64,000 nucleotides of DNA from Octopus sinensis (Eukaryota). Location: contig NC_043004.1 in NCBI RefSeq assembly GCF_006345805.1, positions 3,286,001 to 3,350,000 on the forward strand, given 5' to 3'. Positions 22,303-34,900 of the stretch are shown here, piece by piece. Made by a program: the position numbers and the translations under genes. A model generated the notes under the pieces. The model saw nothing but the letters and a program-made list of their open reading frames with translations. It was not told where the DNA came from and made no database searches. The first letter of the stretch is position 1. Every line of letters starts with the position of its first letter.

Positions 22303-24156
22303 TATTTTCTCTAACTCTCCTTCTCTTGTTCACTATCTTTCTCTCCTCTCTCTCTCTCTCTTTCTATCTGTAGACTATCATCCGTTTGGCGCTAAGCTGA
22401 CAATTACTGCACACTAATTCCATACACTGGTCTTGCTCCGACAGCAATTGCGGTTAATAAAACTCCTTCAATCACCGCTAACTCTTACAACTGCTGCAGT
22501 AAAAACACAATAAAACCACGAAAAAAAACTTAAATTAAGAAGCCGCCGGTTTGTGTCACACTCCGTTGTTCTGTGTAATGCATGGAACCACTTTCTCTCC
22601 TTCTCTCGCTTCCTCCTCAACGTTGGGTTTCTCTCATGTGATGCTTAACTTGAAGTTAAGAGAACGAGTCAGAGACACAACAACGCGAATGGGAAACAGC
22701 AGAACCCAAATGGAAATTAACATTTGGCTTTTGTTTTCTCTGTTTTGCTTTGTTTTGGCTTTTGTTTTTTTGTTTTTTTTCGGAAGTGATGTATTTGGAG
22801 AGCACATGTGGTCAAGTGGATGGGGCAGTAAACAACAAGCCCAGAGGTCAGTAGAGTGGGTCATCTCACTGGCATCGTGATATTTATAGATCCGAGAATT
22901 TCATGTCCACCGATTCATTTCAAGCGGGCGCCGCATGTGACACGGCTCACTGCGAGACAACTGAGGATTTAGTGACCTTTTCATTAATTGGATACTGGGT
23001 TCAAATCGATGTAGAACTCTCTAGCTACGATAGAGTAGAGTCTTATTCTGAGAGAAATTAATGTCCCACCCCCTTAACCCGACTGCAAACAACCACCAGT
23101 GTTATACATCATTGTAGTTGGGAAAAACATATATATCTATGTTATTTGTGATATGAATTGACTCAGATCGGTGAGTCATTGAGATATTTGTTTAGTGCTA
23201 ATCAATGGCTTAGCTTCGATCACTGTCGATAGGTTATGTCCTCTCGTAAAGACACTTGACTGTCTTGCAGAGAATAGTCCAGCTGAAGAAAAGCAGCCGA
23301 GTCCTGTTAAGGAAACAGAAGACATTGGAACTGACTTGAATAATTCTGAGTTCAAATATTTCTCCACAGCAAATAAGAGGAACGAAAACACTCACTCGCT
23401 CTGGTTATTCTCAGATAATCAAGAATTAAAGTTTTAAAAGCAGAAGTAGTGAAACCTGAATCCTTATCTCCTGGTCGCTGTTTTTTGTTTGTTGTTACTG
23501 TTGCTGGTGTTGTTGTTGTTGTTGTTTAGGCCCCTGATCAGCCTTAATCCATTAAAATATCCCGGATGCGACCATTGTATTTTTCCCTTAGATACTTTAC
23601 ACCTAAGGCTATATCGTCCCCTCTTCCTCGTCCCTTTTTTTTTTAAGAAAAGGCAAACTGAGGGTCATTCGGCGGAGATTTCTAGCAAGTCAAGTGATTA
23701 CACATTGGCTCCATCTTTCTAACTGACAAAACTCTCTGTAGGACATGAACAAAGAACTACGAACCAATCAAATATTCACTTCAACCCCATTGCTGCTGCT
23801 GCTACTGCTACAGATTACAGCGGTGAACTGTTCGAGCTCGTCGGTCTTACATTTACCAACAATAACTACATACAAACTGCTGACTTTTCTTTGGAACTAC
23901 CATCCTCTGTTGGAATCGTGGATCTTTTTCTGTGACAAATCGGTTGAGTATATCCTACGTTGACTGACCATAGTAATGACTTCGACTCCCACAAATAGTC
24001 CAACTTTATATTCCAACTTCGAAATTATTTCTTCCTTCTATTTTGATTGTCCCGTAATCGAACACACTGTAAATAGAATATACAGAGAAATATTTCTGAT
24101 GCATTATAATATCTTTTGATAGTATGGAATAGAAGCGACTCGACCTTCAAGTGTTT

Positions 24157-24200
24157 GATGCTGAAGAGGAGATAACTACACCGAAATGCAAGTGTCCATC
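24157..24200 (+). ncRNA. Degenerate HHR motif (copy 1 of pair)
   Basis: GATG-CTGAAGA-ggagataactacacc-GAAA-tgcaagt-GTC-CATC. Confidence 0.5.
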
Positions 24201-24500
24201 GGTCTGGTTGAGAGGTGCTTCGAATCGACTTAATCTCTTTGCTACTATTTCTCTACAGTGGGAAATTTTCTCCAAGGCAAAATACAGCGAACATCTTTCT
24301 TACGGACCCGAATATGCCTCAAGCATATTTGCACGAGTAACAAGTTTATATTTATATACTTCACTGCTTCACGCTTCTATTTCATATTTTATAACAGCAG
24401 ACTCGCAAATTAACGCAATCAGTCACAAATACGCTGACTAGAATATGACAACAGAGATCTGTCTCAATTCAGACAGTTGCGTCCCTTCTTTGAAGTTCTT

Positions 24501-24540
24501 GATGCTGAAGAGGAGATAACTATTCCGAAATGCATGCTTC
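24501..24540 (+). ncRNA. Degenerate HHR motif (copy 2 of pair)
   Basis: GATG-CTGAAGA-ggagataactattcc-GAAA-tgcatgcttc, 344 bp after copy 1. Confidence 0.45.
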
Positions 24541-24578
24541 TAGCTTATTTGAACTGGTAACAAGTGTATATATAAATT

Positions 24579-24983
24579 GAAGGCGGCGAGCTGGCTGAAA
24601 CGTTAGCACGCCGGGTGAAATGCTTAGTGATATTTCGTCTGCCGTTACGTTCCGAGTTCAAATTCCGCTGAGGTCGACTTTGCCTTTCATCCTTCCGGGG
24701 TCGATAAATTAAGTACCAGTTACGCATTCCGCTCACGATTGTAAAGTCATGAGTTCAATTTCCGGCGACACGTTATGTCCTTGAGCAAGACACTTTATTT
24801 CACGTTGCTCCAGTCCACTTAACTGGCAAAAATGAGTTGTACCTGTATTTCAAAGGGCCGGCCTTGTCGCACTCTATGTCACACTGAATCTACCTGAGAA
24901 CTACGCTAGGAGTACACGTGTCTGTGGAGTGCTGTCCTTGTTTGTCTCCTCTATGTTTAGCCCCTTGTGGGTAGTAAAGAAAT
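24579..24983 (+). mobile_element. SINE family B interrupted by a 210-bp family D segment
   Basis: B head 24579-24723, segment 24724-24933 identical to reverse complement of 39040-39249, B tail resumes at 24934. Confidence 0.9.
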
Positions 24984-25187
24984 ATATATATAAATATAAC
25001 AATATAACAAAATAGTTAAAACGAGAAGCATGTTTTGTTTGTTTTTGCTTTCGACGCCAATATTTCCCTGTCTGATCACAGTTTACCAGCCTCGTTATCG
25101 ATACGTTATAGAAGGAGGTCTGCTTTATGCTGCATTGCAAAGTAGCTGACTTGTTTTTTTTTTTGTTTTTTTTATTCATGCTTCAAA

Positions 25188-25576
25188 TCTATATATATAA
25201 AGCTGAAGTTGTCTGTGTATGGCAGGTTTTGTAGCGTTCATCTAAAACTTTCTCCTTCGAGACCCTGCGGCGCAAGTTGACCAAAATTGAGAGTATGATA
25301 GAAAAAGGTTTGCTCTTCCTTCCGTAGAAGAAAAATTTCAAATCGGACCATGTTAACACCAAAAATTATTTACATCAGAAAGGTGCTTTTTTTTCTATGA
25401 AAACCACTATTTTTTACGATTTTTTGACTGCTGTGTCGCCATATTTCGGTGTATTTCAACCAGAAAAATGTTCATTTTCAGAATAACATGCTACATAATG
25501 CAAAATTTTTACTTTTCGAAAATTCCAATTCTAAAGGGTCGAAACAAACCCGAGCAACGCCGGGTGATACTGTTAG
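25188..25576 (+). mobile_element. Non-autonomous Helitron
   Basis: Starts TCTATATATATAAAGCTGAAGTTGTC after an A; ends CCCGAGCAACGCCGGG hairpin + TGATACTGTTAG before a T; termini shared with 10927-11221. Confidence 0.85.
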
Positions 25577-25659
25577 TCCTAAATAAAGATTAAATTTAAC
25601 CATGAATTAGCAGAAAGGGAAAATATCTAGCTTGGCCAATGACACACCACCATAAATAG

Positions 25660-26450
25660 AAATAAGGTTGGCACTTGTACTGTTTGTGCATCATTATGGT
25701 CATCATTTCTCTTTCTGGTTCCATCATCTCAGAATGGTAAAATCTTGACTGTAGAAATGTATAAAGTTTACCATGCTGTGAAATATCATCAGTCGTACAG
25801 AAGCATTGGTTATGGATTAAAAAAGTTGACAAAGGAAAATCAAATATCTCTGCTGGCGGCGTGAAGTCCGGTTCTGAATCTGGTGCCTTCAAATATTGCT
25901 GACATCTGATGGAAAACATGACCGTGTTCCTCAAACTCTAAAAATGGTTCGAAACAATATTAATCGTATAAATTGTTCGGTGCATATTTTGCGCAATGCA
26001 ACACGATTTGATGCAGAAAAATTGAAATTTACTGTTGAAAGTATCTTAGTCAAAATGTGCGACAATTTCAACATTTTTGTTAAAGGAATTTTGTTAATTC
26101 ATGAGAGCCGATATTTGGTAACTGTAGCACTATTTGAGTACAATACCCCTCTGTTTCACAATTTCTTGAAAGAGAACTTAAAGTGTGGGGAAACCTAAGT
26201 TGTTATTTTCGAAGTTTAAGTACGGAGGGGTACTTCAAATCATTGTGAAAGTTCTTTGGTAGTAAAAGAAATACCTGTAAACCTGTAGAAATTTATTCCG
26301 TCTTTGTTAGTCACCTTCTTAAATTGTTGTCAAAGACTTTTGAAGCACTAGAAGCCAAATCATTCGGCGTGGTTTCAGTCTTTAAGTGAATGTTTGAAAT
26401 GAAAGTAAATTTGAAAGAATATTTTAAAAGAAACTTTTGGTAAAAGGTAG
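25660..26450 (+). mobile_element. Decayed hAT transposase remnant
   Basis: Plus-strand pieces in different frames: VEMYKVYHAVKYHQSYRS, INCSVHILRNATRFDAEKLKFTVESILVKMCDNF, FLERELKVWGNLSCYFRSL...KSL*KFF, EIYSVFVSHLLKLLSKTFEALEA; multiple stops and frameshifts. Confidence 0.7.
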
Positions 26451-26659
26451 TGAGTACCAAACCTAACTTGTGAAAAATATAAAGCGGACTTTATAACTAT
26501 AAAATAGTTATAAAGTAACTTAAGTGACAGATATGGCTTTTATAAAGTAACTTAAGTGACAGATATGGCTTTTCAGAAAAGAGAATTCCTGAACTTTTCT
26601 GGAAAGTTAATTCAAAGAGTGTCATCGGTACCTTCTGAAGAATTCTGTAATACTTGGTG

Positions 26660-26850
26660 GAAGCGGATGGCTAAATGGTCAGAGAATTCGGCTCATGATC
26701 GTAAGATAGTGAGTTCGATTCCTGTCGGCGCATTGTGTCCTTCAAATAGACAATTTCTTTCACGTTGTTTCGGTGCACTCAGCCAGCGAAATTTCCCGTT
26801 GAATCTCCCTAAGAACTACGTTAAGGGTATGTGTGTCTGCGGAGTTTTCA
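26660..26850 (+). mobile_element. SINE family D (diverged)
   Basis: TGGCTAAATGG A-box-like, GAGTTCGATTCC B-box, GAATCTCCCTAAGAACTACGTTAAGGGT block. Confidence 0.7.
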
Positions 26851-26865
26851 CCTTATATATATATA

Positions 26866-27029
26866 ACGGGCTTCTTCCAGTTTCTGTCTATCAAATTCAC
26901 TCATAAGGTTTTGGTCGGCCTAAGGCTATAGTAGAAGACACTTGCTCAAGGTGCCACGCAGTGGAACTGAACCCGGAACCATGTGACTGGGAAGCAAGCT
27001 TCTTAACACACAGCTACGTCTGCACCTAT
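26866..27029 (-). mobile_element. SINE family A 5' half
   Basis: GCTATAGTAGAAGACACTTGCTCAAGGTGCCACGCAGTGG block. Confidence 0.85.
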
Positions 27030-27247
27030 ATACTTAATAAAATAACTGACCGCTGACCTTTGTCTGGAAGACGGGGTAAGTTTTATAAAAATTCTTTGAA
27101 AATGATCAAAACCAACTGACACACACGAGTATGCAATGTCCCTATTTTTGCAAACAGAGAAATGGCTTTCAATATGTAGCTATGCATTATGACTGCCAGA
27201 AATAAGGCATCGTATTACAATCACTCACTTAATATCTAATGATACTA

Positions 27248-27646
27248 AGGCGGTGAGCTGGCAGAAACGTCAGCACGCCGGGCGAAATGCTTAGCGGTAC
27301 TTCGTCTGCCGTTACGTTCTGAGTTCAAATTCCGCCGAGGTCGACTTTGCCTTTCATCCTTTCGGGGTCGATAAATTAAGTACTAGTTACGCACTGGTGT
27401 CGATGTAATCGACTTAATCCGTTTGTCTGTCCTTGTTTGTCCCCTCTGTCTGTAGTCCCTTGTGGGTAGTAAAGAAATAGGTATTTCGCCTGCCGCTACA
27501 TTCTGAGTTCAAATCCCGCCGCGGTCGACTTTCCCTTTCATACTTTCGGGGTCAATTAAATAAGTACCAGTTGCGTACTGGGGTCGATCTAATCGACTGG
27601 CACCCTCCCTCAAAATTTCGGGCTTTGTGGCTAGAGTAGAAAAAGA
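27248..27646 (+). mobile_element. SINE family B with tandem partial second copy
   Basis: Two GGTCGACTTT.CCTTTCAT cores at about 27340 and 27525. Confidence 0.9.
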
Positions 27647-27779
27647 TATCTAAAGATACTAAAAGGCATTCGTCGCTCCGGAGCAACAGTGAAAAAAACA
27701 CTTGTCCAATGTTCTGCGTGGTGGAACTAAACCCAAAATCACGCGGTTGGAAAGTCAGCTTCCTAATCACACATTCGCG

Positions 27780-27835
<56 letters not shown>

Positions 27836-29053
27836 TGTGTGTGTGTGTGGTGTGTGTGTCGCGTGTGTGTGTGTGCGTGCGCGCGCGTGTGTGTGTGTGC
27901 GTGCGTGCGTGTGTGTTTGTGGTGTGTGTATGTATTTACTATTTCTGTTTAACATGTGAACGTATGTGTATGTGCAAAAACTGTTGCGATTCTGAAAGAC
28001 TAAATCCCACGAAATACAGAGCGGAGGAAGCTTGAGAGATTGTGAAGAATTGTGACGGAGATAGTTCTACTTCTTGTTGCTGGACATGGGAATATAACTG
28101 AGACGGAAGTCGTTTCTCTTGGATTACATTTTACTCACCAGACGTGAAATGTAATGTGAATATGTATGTTTGTGTGTATGTGTTTGTGTGTGTGATTGTG
28201 TGTGTATGCGTGCGTTATTATGCCTAGGTGTTTAGTCGGCGGTTGCCTCTAATCCCTGCACAGGTACAAAGATGAAAGATAAAGCCTCTTCTGCCGAGGA
28301 AGCTGAATAAATCATACGCAGCTGCGTCGGATGAAATGAAACCAGTTCTGTCGGTTCATGGGACAGGATGTGATCACACAGTCGAATTAAAACTAAGAGA
28401 AGGCCTCGATGGGATCACACGACCTGTTAGAAATAGCACCTAACTCTATATTATAACCACAGCAGACCGTTTGAAAAAATAAAGGATACAGCAACTAACA
28501 CAGCCCTAGAATCAATAACTACAAGAGATGATGATGGAATCGTCCATGCTGGAATGATTTTAGTTATAAGTTTGTCTGATCAAGATTGGATGAGGGTGAA
28601 GCAACCAGCCCTAAATAACATAGGTACAGATCTATGGATTCTGTCTTTGAGAATGGAATATGGTAGCCCTGGGAAAATTGTCCTGGATGCTGACCGAGTA
28701 GGAACCACAGAAATTCCCTTTGCTCGTCCAGTAACCTATCATCTCAACAACAATGACTGTTACTGGATATTTATTGGTATAAGTTATAGATTTTGTTGCC
28801 GTTGTTGTTGTTGTTGTTGTTGTCATCCCTGCTGCTACTGCTTTTTTCACAGTTTTGAGGCATCATATCTATGGTGTTTCAATCGTGATTGGCAATCACG
28901 TCTATTCGTATTTGCTTGACGGCATTGTCAAATGTATTTTATAAGATGGAAGTGTACGATTTGATTGAGCTATAGTTACTATTTCTAGTATATTATGCTT
29001 CCCTGTACATGCTGCTACAATGCCAAAATGAAGGGGTATGGTATACACTGCCC

Positions 29054-29125
<72 letters not shown>

Positions 29126-29368
29126 CAAGTTTCAGTTGAATTAGTTACTTATGGGGATGCACCAAGTCAGTCCGATATGTTCGGGGTCATAACACAATCC
29201 TGTGACCCCTACTGTCTTCCATTCCTGTCATTCCAAAATTGTAGTTTTTCTCTTAGCTTATTCCTGCTGCAATAGTGGGAACAAGAAATTCTTTCATCCT
29301 CTAGCTCTGATAAAATATTTGGATAAAACTATATTAATATATCTTGTCAGTTGAAAATCCATATGTTT

Positions 29369-29453
29369 TGCAACTGAAGATGGCACTGTATTTAAATTGA
29401 TATAATGCTTGTAATGTTCATTTAAATGGAACCGCTTGAAACGGTCGTATTGA
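29369..29453 (+). ncRNA. HHR motif with long stem II (copy 1)
   Basis: CAA-CTGAAGA(29374)-hairpin-GAAAC-GGTC-GTA-TTG. Confidence 0.55.
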
Positions 29454-30280
29454 ATTAATACTTGAATATTTGATATTCTGTTACTTCTAACATTTTATAT
29501 ATATGCATTTTTACACTTTTCTGATTCATGGCTTAAAATTAAAAGATAGCATGTATATCTTTCCAGTTATTCTATATGTAAATGCCTTGAGCGCAGTCTT
29601 TATAGAAACCACCTAGTAAGTATTTAATTAAGAACATGAATGGATATTAAACTGATTCTATGTAATCTTCCTTTTCGATGTTTATTATTGATATACACAC
29701 ACCTTTTACCTATTTTGGTAATGATATCACTTTTGAAATTCTTAAACTTTAAATTTTATTTTTATACAACATAACAATACTGTATATAAACATTCCCCTA
29801 AATAAAATTTCCTCTGTATTTACATCTTAGCTTTCTTAGTGTCTTGATCCTTTAACTGGTAATTAATACCATGATTTAAAGTCTTTCTCCTACCCAGCCT
29901 CTGGATATACAGTTACTGTATATCCAATTGACTACTCCTAATGTCTTCTTCTTTCCTCCCTGAGGAAAAGGGATACATATGATAATATTTATGACCATAC
30001 TTAGCCATGAGCTGTCAACTCCCTCTTGTCCTTTATACAAAATAGTCACAGTCCTCTAGTCTTAGATTTAGTAGTTGATAAAGAGATAAATGTGTTAGAA
30101 ATTAATTACAATCCCTTACAACACTATGACCCCACTAGGCTTCATGCGATTCTTGGAAGTGTAGTCTATTCTTAGCTACAATAATGACAACATGAATTTC
30201 TTCCACATTCTTGCTCTGTTAAAATATTTGAAAAAATTATATTAATATGTCCTACATGTTAAAATTCCATTTATCTATTT

Positions 30281-30368
30281 GTGCAGCTGAAGATGGCACT
30301 TCATTTAAATTGATGTAATGATTGCATTGTTCAATTAAATGAATCCACTTGAAACGGTCGTACTGCAT
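30281..30368 (+). ncRNA. HHR motif with long stem II (copy 2)
   Basis: GTGCAG-CTGAAGA(30287)-tgg..TTCATTTAAATTGA/TCAATTAAATGAA..cca ctt-GAAAC-GGTC-GTA-CTGCAT; stem II closure imperfect. Confidence 0.65.
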
Positions 30369-30778
30369 TACTACTTGATGTCTTGTTACATATTTTGATT
30401 TTATTCATCTTACTTCGAGCTGTGCAGATAATACCGGACTGACTTGGTGCTTCGACTTAAGTACCTAATTTAACTGAATCTCAATTGTGTGTGTGTGTGT
30501 GTGTGTTGCACATCTTTAAAACACCTCGTGTGTAGTTTAATGTTTTATAATCCGAGGGAGAAAACTTGTGATTATCCGATGAATATGGCTTATAAATTAA
30601 TCTTATGGCAGTTTCCCAGCTGTTCAGGACGAACACAATGCCTTGTGGTATTTCCTTATGCTGTTTTAGATGCTCAGATCAAATCCTGCCAGTTCCACAT
30701 TCCCTGTTATCAATATGTCCCTAATAAAATACAAGTAATGAACCTTGTTCATATAATATTAAACTATTCCCAAGCGTT

Positions 30779-31074
30779 GAGCGGGCAGAATCGTTGGGAC
30801 TCCGGAGAAAATGCTTAGCGGTATTTCGTCTGTCTTTACGTTCTGAGTTCAAATTCCACCGAGGTCGACTTTGCTTTTCATCCTTTCGGCGTTGATAAAT
30901 TAAGTACCAGTTGCGTCCTGGGAACTATCTAATCGACTGGCTCCCTCCCACAAAATTTTGGGCTTTGTGCCTAGAGTAGATAAGAATATATATTAACAGG
31001 CTGCGAGCTGGCAGAAACGTTAGCACGGCGGGTGAAATGCTTAGCGGTATTTCGTCTGCCGCTACGTTTTGAGT
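30779..31074 (+). mobile_element. SINE family B plus second truncated head
   Basis: Family B core at about 30860; second head at about 30998. Confidence 0.85.
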
Positions 31075-31200
31075 TTAAGAATATCAGCTTTTAATGCCAT
31101 GATGGAATTTTTGTGGGAGCTCTTAATTATATTGGTTAATTGTTACTGTAAATTAACGCAGGCCATTCCTCTCATTCTCTCTCTTTTTCTATCTCTTTCT

Positions 31201-31245
<45 letters not shown>

Positions 31246-31537
31246 TCGCTCCAACATCTCTAAGGCATTACAGCCTTCTATATATCGTTTATTCATTGGA
31301 TAAGTTATACTTCTTTGCTGGCAAAGGCGTTTCCTTCGGAACAATGACGTCATATCGGAGGTGAATACAAATACATACAAACACTATGTGTTCTCTCCTT
31401 CCTTCTCTCTCTGTCTCTTTCTCCTCTTTCCATGTTTGTACATATGTGTTTCTGTATGTTTATGCGCATATATATAAATGCATACATACATATGCAGAGG
31501 TATATTTATATATGTATATACAGACACATATCGAAAT

Positions 31538-31608
<71 letters not shown>

Positions 31609-31652
31609 ATATGCATGTAACAATATGTAAAAAATATATACATACATACATA

Positions 31653-31771
31653 CAGTGTGACCATAAAGTCTAAATACAAGAAATATGTCTAATCTTGTTT
31701 TTTTCCTTCTGCAGATTGAATATGGGTTTGTCTAGAGACGAAATGCATCCAGACTTTACGGTCGCCCCCCG
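31653..31771. mobile_element. Tc1/mariner-type MITE
   Basis: CAGTGTGACCATAAAGTC and GACTTTACGGTCGCCCCCCG are imperfect TIRs, flanked by TA on both sides. Confidence 0.65.
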
Positions 31772-31801
31772 TATACATACATACATACATACATACATAC
31801 A

Positions 31802-31835
<34 letters not shown>

Positions 31836-31864
31836 CATACATACATATATATATATACATACAA

Positions 31865-31919
<55 letters not shown>

Positions 31920-32540
31920 CATATATATATATACATATATATATATGCGCTGACACACAGAGGTCTGCACACGTAGACAGAGATAGGCAGGAAAGCACTT
32001 ACAAAAAAATGACCGACCCCCCCAGACTGTAATTACTCTCTTTTGTAACGTCTGTGATGACATCTTCCGTTTGCAGTGATTGTTTCGTCCTCACCACATC
32101 TAACACCTCACTAACATCCAATCAAACTACACATTACATATAAAACCTCCATCAGTTTTGCCACCTTCCACAATCCGCACACAACACACAAATAAGCCAA
32201 AATATTGTGTTCTTTGTAAAAAAAAACCCAGAAAACTACACAGGACATAGTCTTCGGTGTTTTTCTTTATCTTTGCAGTACATGGGCGTTTTCATCTGTT
32301 CATCACAAAGGAAAAAAATGGAAACGTTTTGCGCAGAATGTCTTTTCAATTTATATAAACGTGTCTTCTTCTTTCTCCCGTTCTCTCTGTATGCATGTGT
32401 GAGTGTGTGTATGTATGTATGTATATATAAATATATGTGTGTATATGTGTTTATATCAACACATGCATATATAAACATATATGTATACATATATACTTAT
32501 ATATTTATGTCTGTGTGTAAATATAATATTAATTTATTAT

Positions 32541-32597
<57 letters not shown>

Positions 32598-32727
32598 ATA
32601 TATAGACAGAGAGGGTGGGGTAAATGTATGTATATATGTATGTATTTGATTGTCTCCTAAATTATCCACTTTCTTTTACGCATGCTTATAATGTTTATAT
32701 AACAATTTTGATGTTGATAATAGTATG

Positions 32728-32811
32728 AAGAAGAAGAAGAAGAAGAAGAAGAAGAAGAAGAAGAAGAAGAAGAAGAAGAAGAAGAAGAAGAAGAAGAAGA
32801 AGAAGAAGAAG
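32728..32811. repeat. (AAG)28 trinucleotide tract followed by CAA/CAG-rich repeats
   Basis: Directly visible; gives the spurious poly-Lys ORF 32725-32976. Confidence 0.95.
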
Positions 32812-33660
32812 AGCAACAACAATAACAACAACCAGAACAACAACAAAAGCAAAAACAAGAAGAAAAAGAACAACAGCAGCAGCAGCAACAACATCAAGAA
32901 TCTGATAACAACAAACAAACAACACAATATTTCTATCGATGGCCGTTCCCTTCATCGACTATCGACGGGCGATTAAGGCAGCAGCTCAATAAATGTGTGG
33001 ATGTGTTTGTGTGGGTCTGTGTACACGTACCCCTATGTATATATATTTATTAATACGAAGAGATCTATCATATATACATATATATATTACACATGAACAC
33101 TTACAAATATATATATATTTATGTATGAATATATATATATATCTTGTGGTTTATTTATTTCAGATGTCTTTTACTAAATTCGTTCCATTGTCCAATGCTA
33201 TCTGCTCAAATGCAGTTCCATCTGTGCAAATGTTTATTTATTTTATATTTCTTCCTCTTTTCTCCAATACATGCTTCTCCACAATTACAAAACCACAAAA
33301 AAAATAAAATAATAATTTTAAAAAATTTCTATAGGAAAAATAAATATAAATAAAAGTGAAAAGGCAAGGAAATAAATTAAAAAAAACAATGACAACATAA
33401 ATGCTAATAAGTGTGTTGTTTATTCGCCAAGAGGGCAACAAAGAGGCAAACATGTTCGGTACAATGCGATCTTTACAAATACAAGACAATAGGAATAAAC
33501 AAACATATTTGATATCATGTACGTACGAATGTGTGTCTGGGTGGTGAGTTTTATATAGTATTGCTGTCTGCATGGACGTATATATGAATGCATGGGTTTC
33601 TAACGTTTACTATTAGAAGCCACAACAACGATAATAATAATGATAATAATAATAATAATA

Positions 33661-33701
<41 letters not shown>

Positions 33702-34021
33702 TAATAATAATAATAAAAACAACAACAATGGTGGTAGGAATTCTTATTATTACTATCATCATCATCATCATCGTCGTCGTTATTATTCGATACAAACTAC
33801 CCAAACTAAATTATCTGTGGTCTATGTCTTGAGATTTCTCTCTACCAATTCCATCCACGTTAATCTACTTGTCGTCGCTTTTGTGCTGCGAATAGACACA
33901 TACTTGTACACGGAGAGAAATAAAGAGGTCGATATACATGGACATATATAGATACACATACATGCATACAGGCATAGCTGTGCATACACACACAAATGCA
34001 CACAAACACACAGACACACGC

Positions 34022-34109
<88 letters not shown>

Positions 34110-34900
34110 ACTTATAGAATATTATTAATAGTGAATTCGAAGTTTCGGGCAGTTAATCCATCGTCGGACCATCTTAACAATGTATATATGCGTGTGTGTG
34201 TGTGTATGTGTGCGTGTATGTGTGTGCTAATATGTATAATATATATATATATATATACATTTATATACGCACATACCCACGCATATATACATATATACAT
34301 GTATTATGCATGTATATGTATTTATGTATAAATGTGTGCATATGTCTACACACACACAAACACACACACATATATATAGGTTTAAATATCTTCATGGTGA
34401 CTATATATATATATACACACATATATATTTTTTAAATCCTTAAAATCCTTTAAAATGCTTCAGACCGAAAGCTACGGCCATGCTGGGGCACTACCAATTT
34501 TATTTTTTATTCTTTTATTTTTTTTTCAATGTCTTTCTTCTATACTGGCATGGGTGGGACGGTTTGACAGGAGCCTGCACCAGACTCCTGTAACTGTTTT
34601 GGCTGGATTTTTACAGCTGATATAATTCAGATAGTAAGGCAAAGAAATCCTTTAACACATCTTTAATGATTAGTTACAATTGTTTCTGTACCAACTCTGT
34701 TTTCAATGTCAGTTTATGCAAAAGTTCAAAGTGAAAATTCATGTAATATTTGTGGTTTTAGACATTAGAGTGGCACTTCATCAGACTTGCATTAAAAGTG
34801 TGCTCTTCCATTGCGTGTGCCTTCTGGACTAAGTCAATAAAAGTATGGTATATTATATATATGGATATATATATATGGATATATATATATATATATATAT

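Larger units (their letters stand above)
29121..30489 (+). mobile_element. PLE-derived element with about 60-bp inverted ends and two HHR-bearing direct repeats
   Basis: Left end 29123-29178 is the reverse complement of 30431-30487; diverged direct repeats about 29200-29480 and 30125-30395, each with CTGAAGA...GAAACGGTCGTA. Confidence 0.7.

Noticed and set aside
23171-23437. Plus-strand GTGAGT...TTGCAG intron-like interval and ORF 23195-23437
   Set aside because: Splice-like motifs only; peptide unrecognised
25596-25934. Minus-strand ORF as a host exon
   Set aside because: The opposite strand encodes hAT transposase motifs, which explains the open frame
26509-26572. 32-bp tandem duplication (also a 22-bp one at about 1152-1200)
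   Set aside because: Ordinary slippage duplications inside dead transposon sequence
28554-28919. ORF 28554-28919 and a minus-strand SQGYHIPF motif (DIRS-like)
   Set aside because: Single short motif with no other RT motifs nearby; the ORF runs into a (GTT)n tract
32725-32976. Poly-Lys/Asn ORF
   Set aside because: Translation of an (AAG)28 tract and adjacent CAA repeats
34715-34790. Minus-strand CTGATGA with AGTG/CACT stem
   Set aside because: No GAAA-N...NUH half; too decayed to call an HHR
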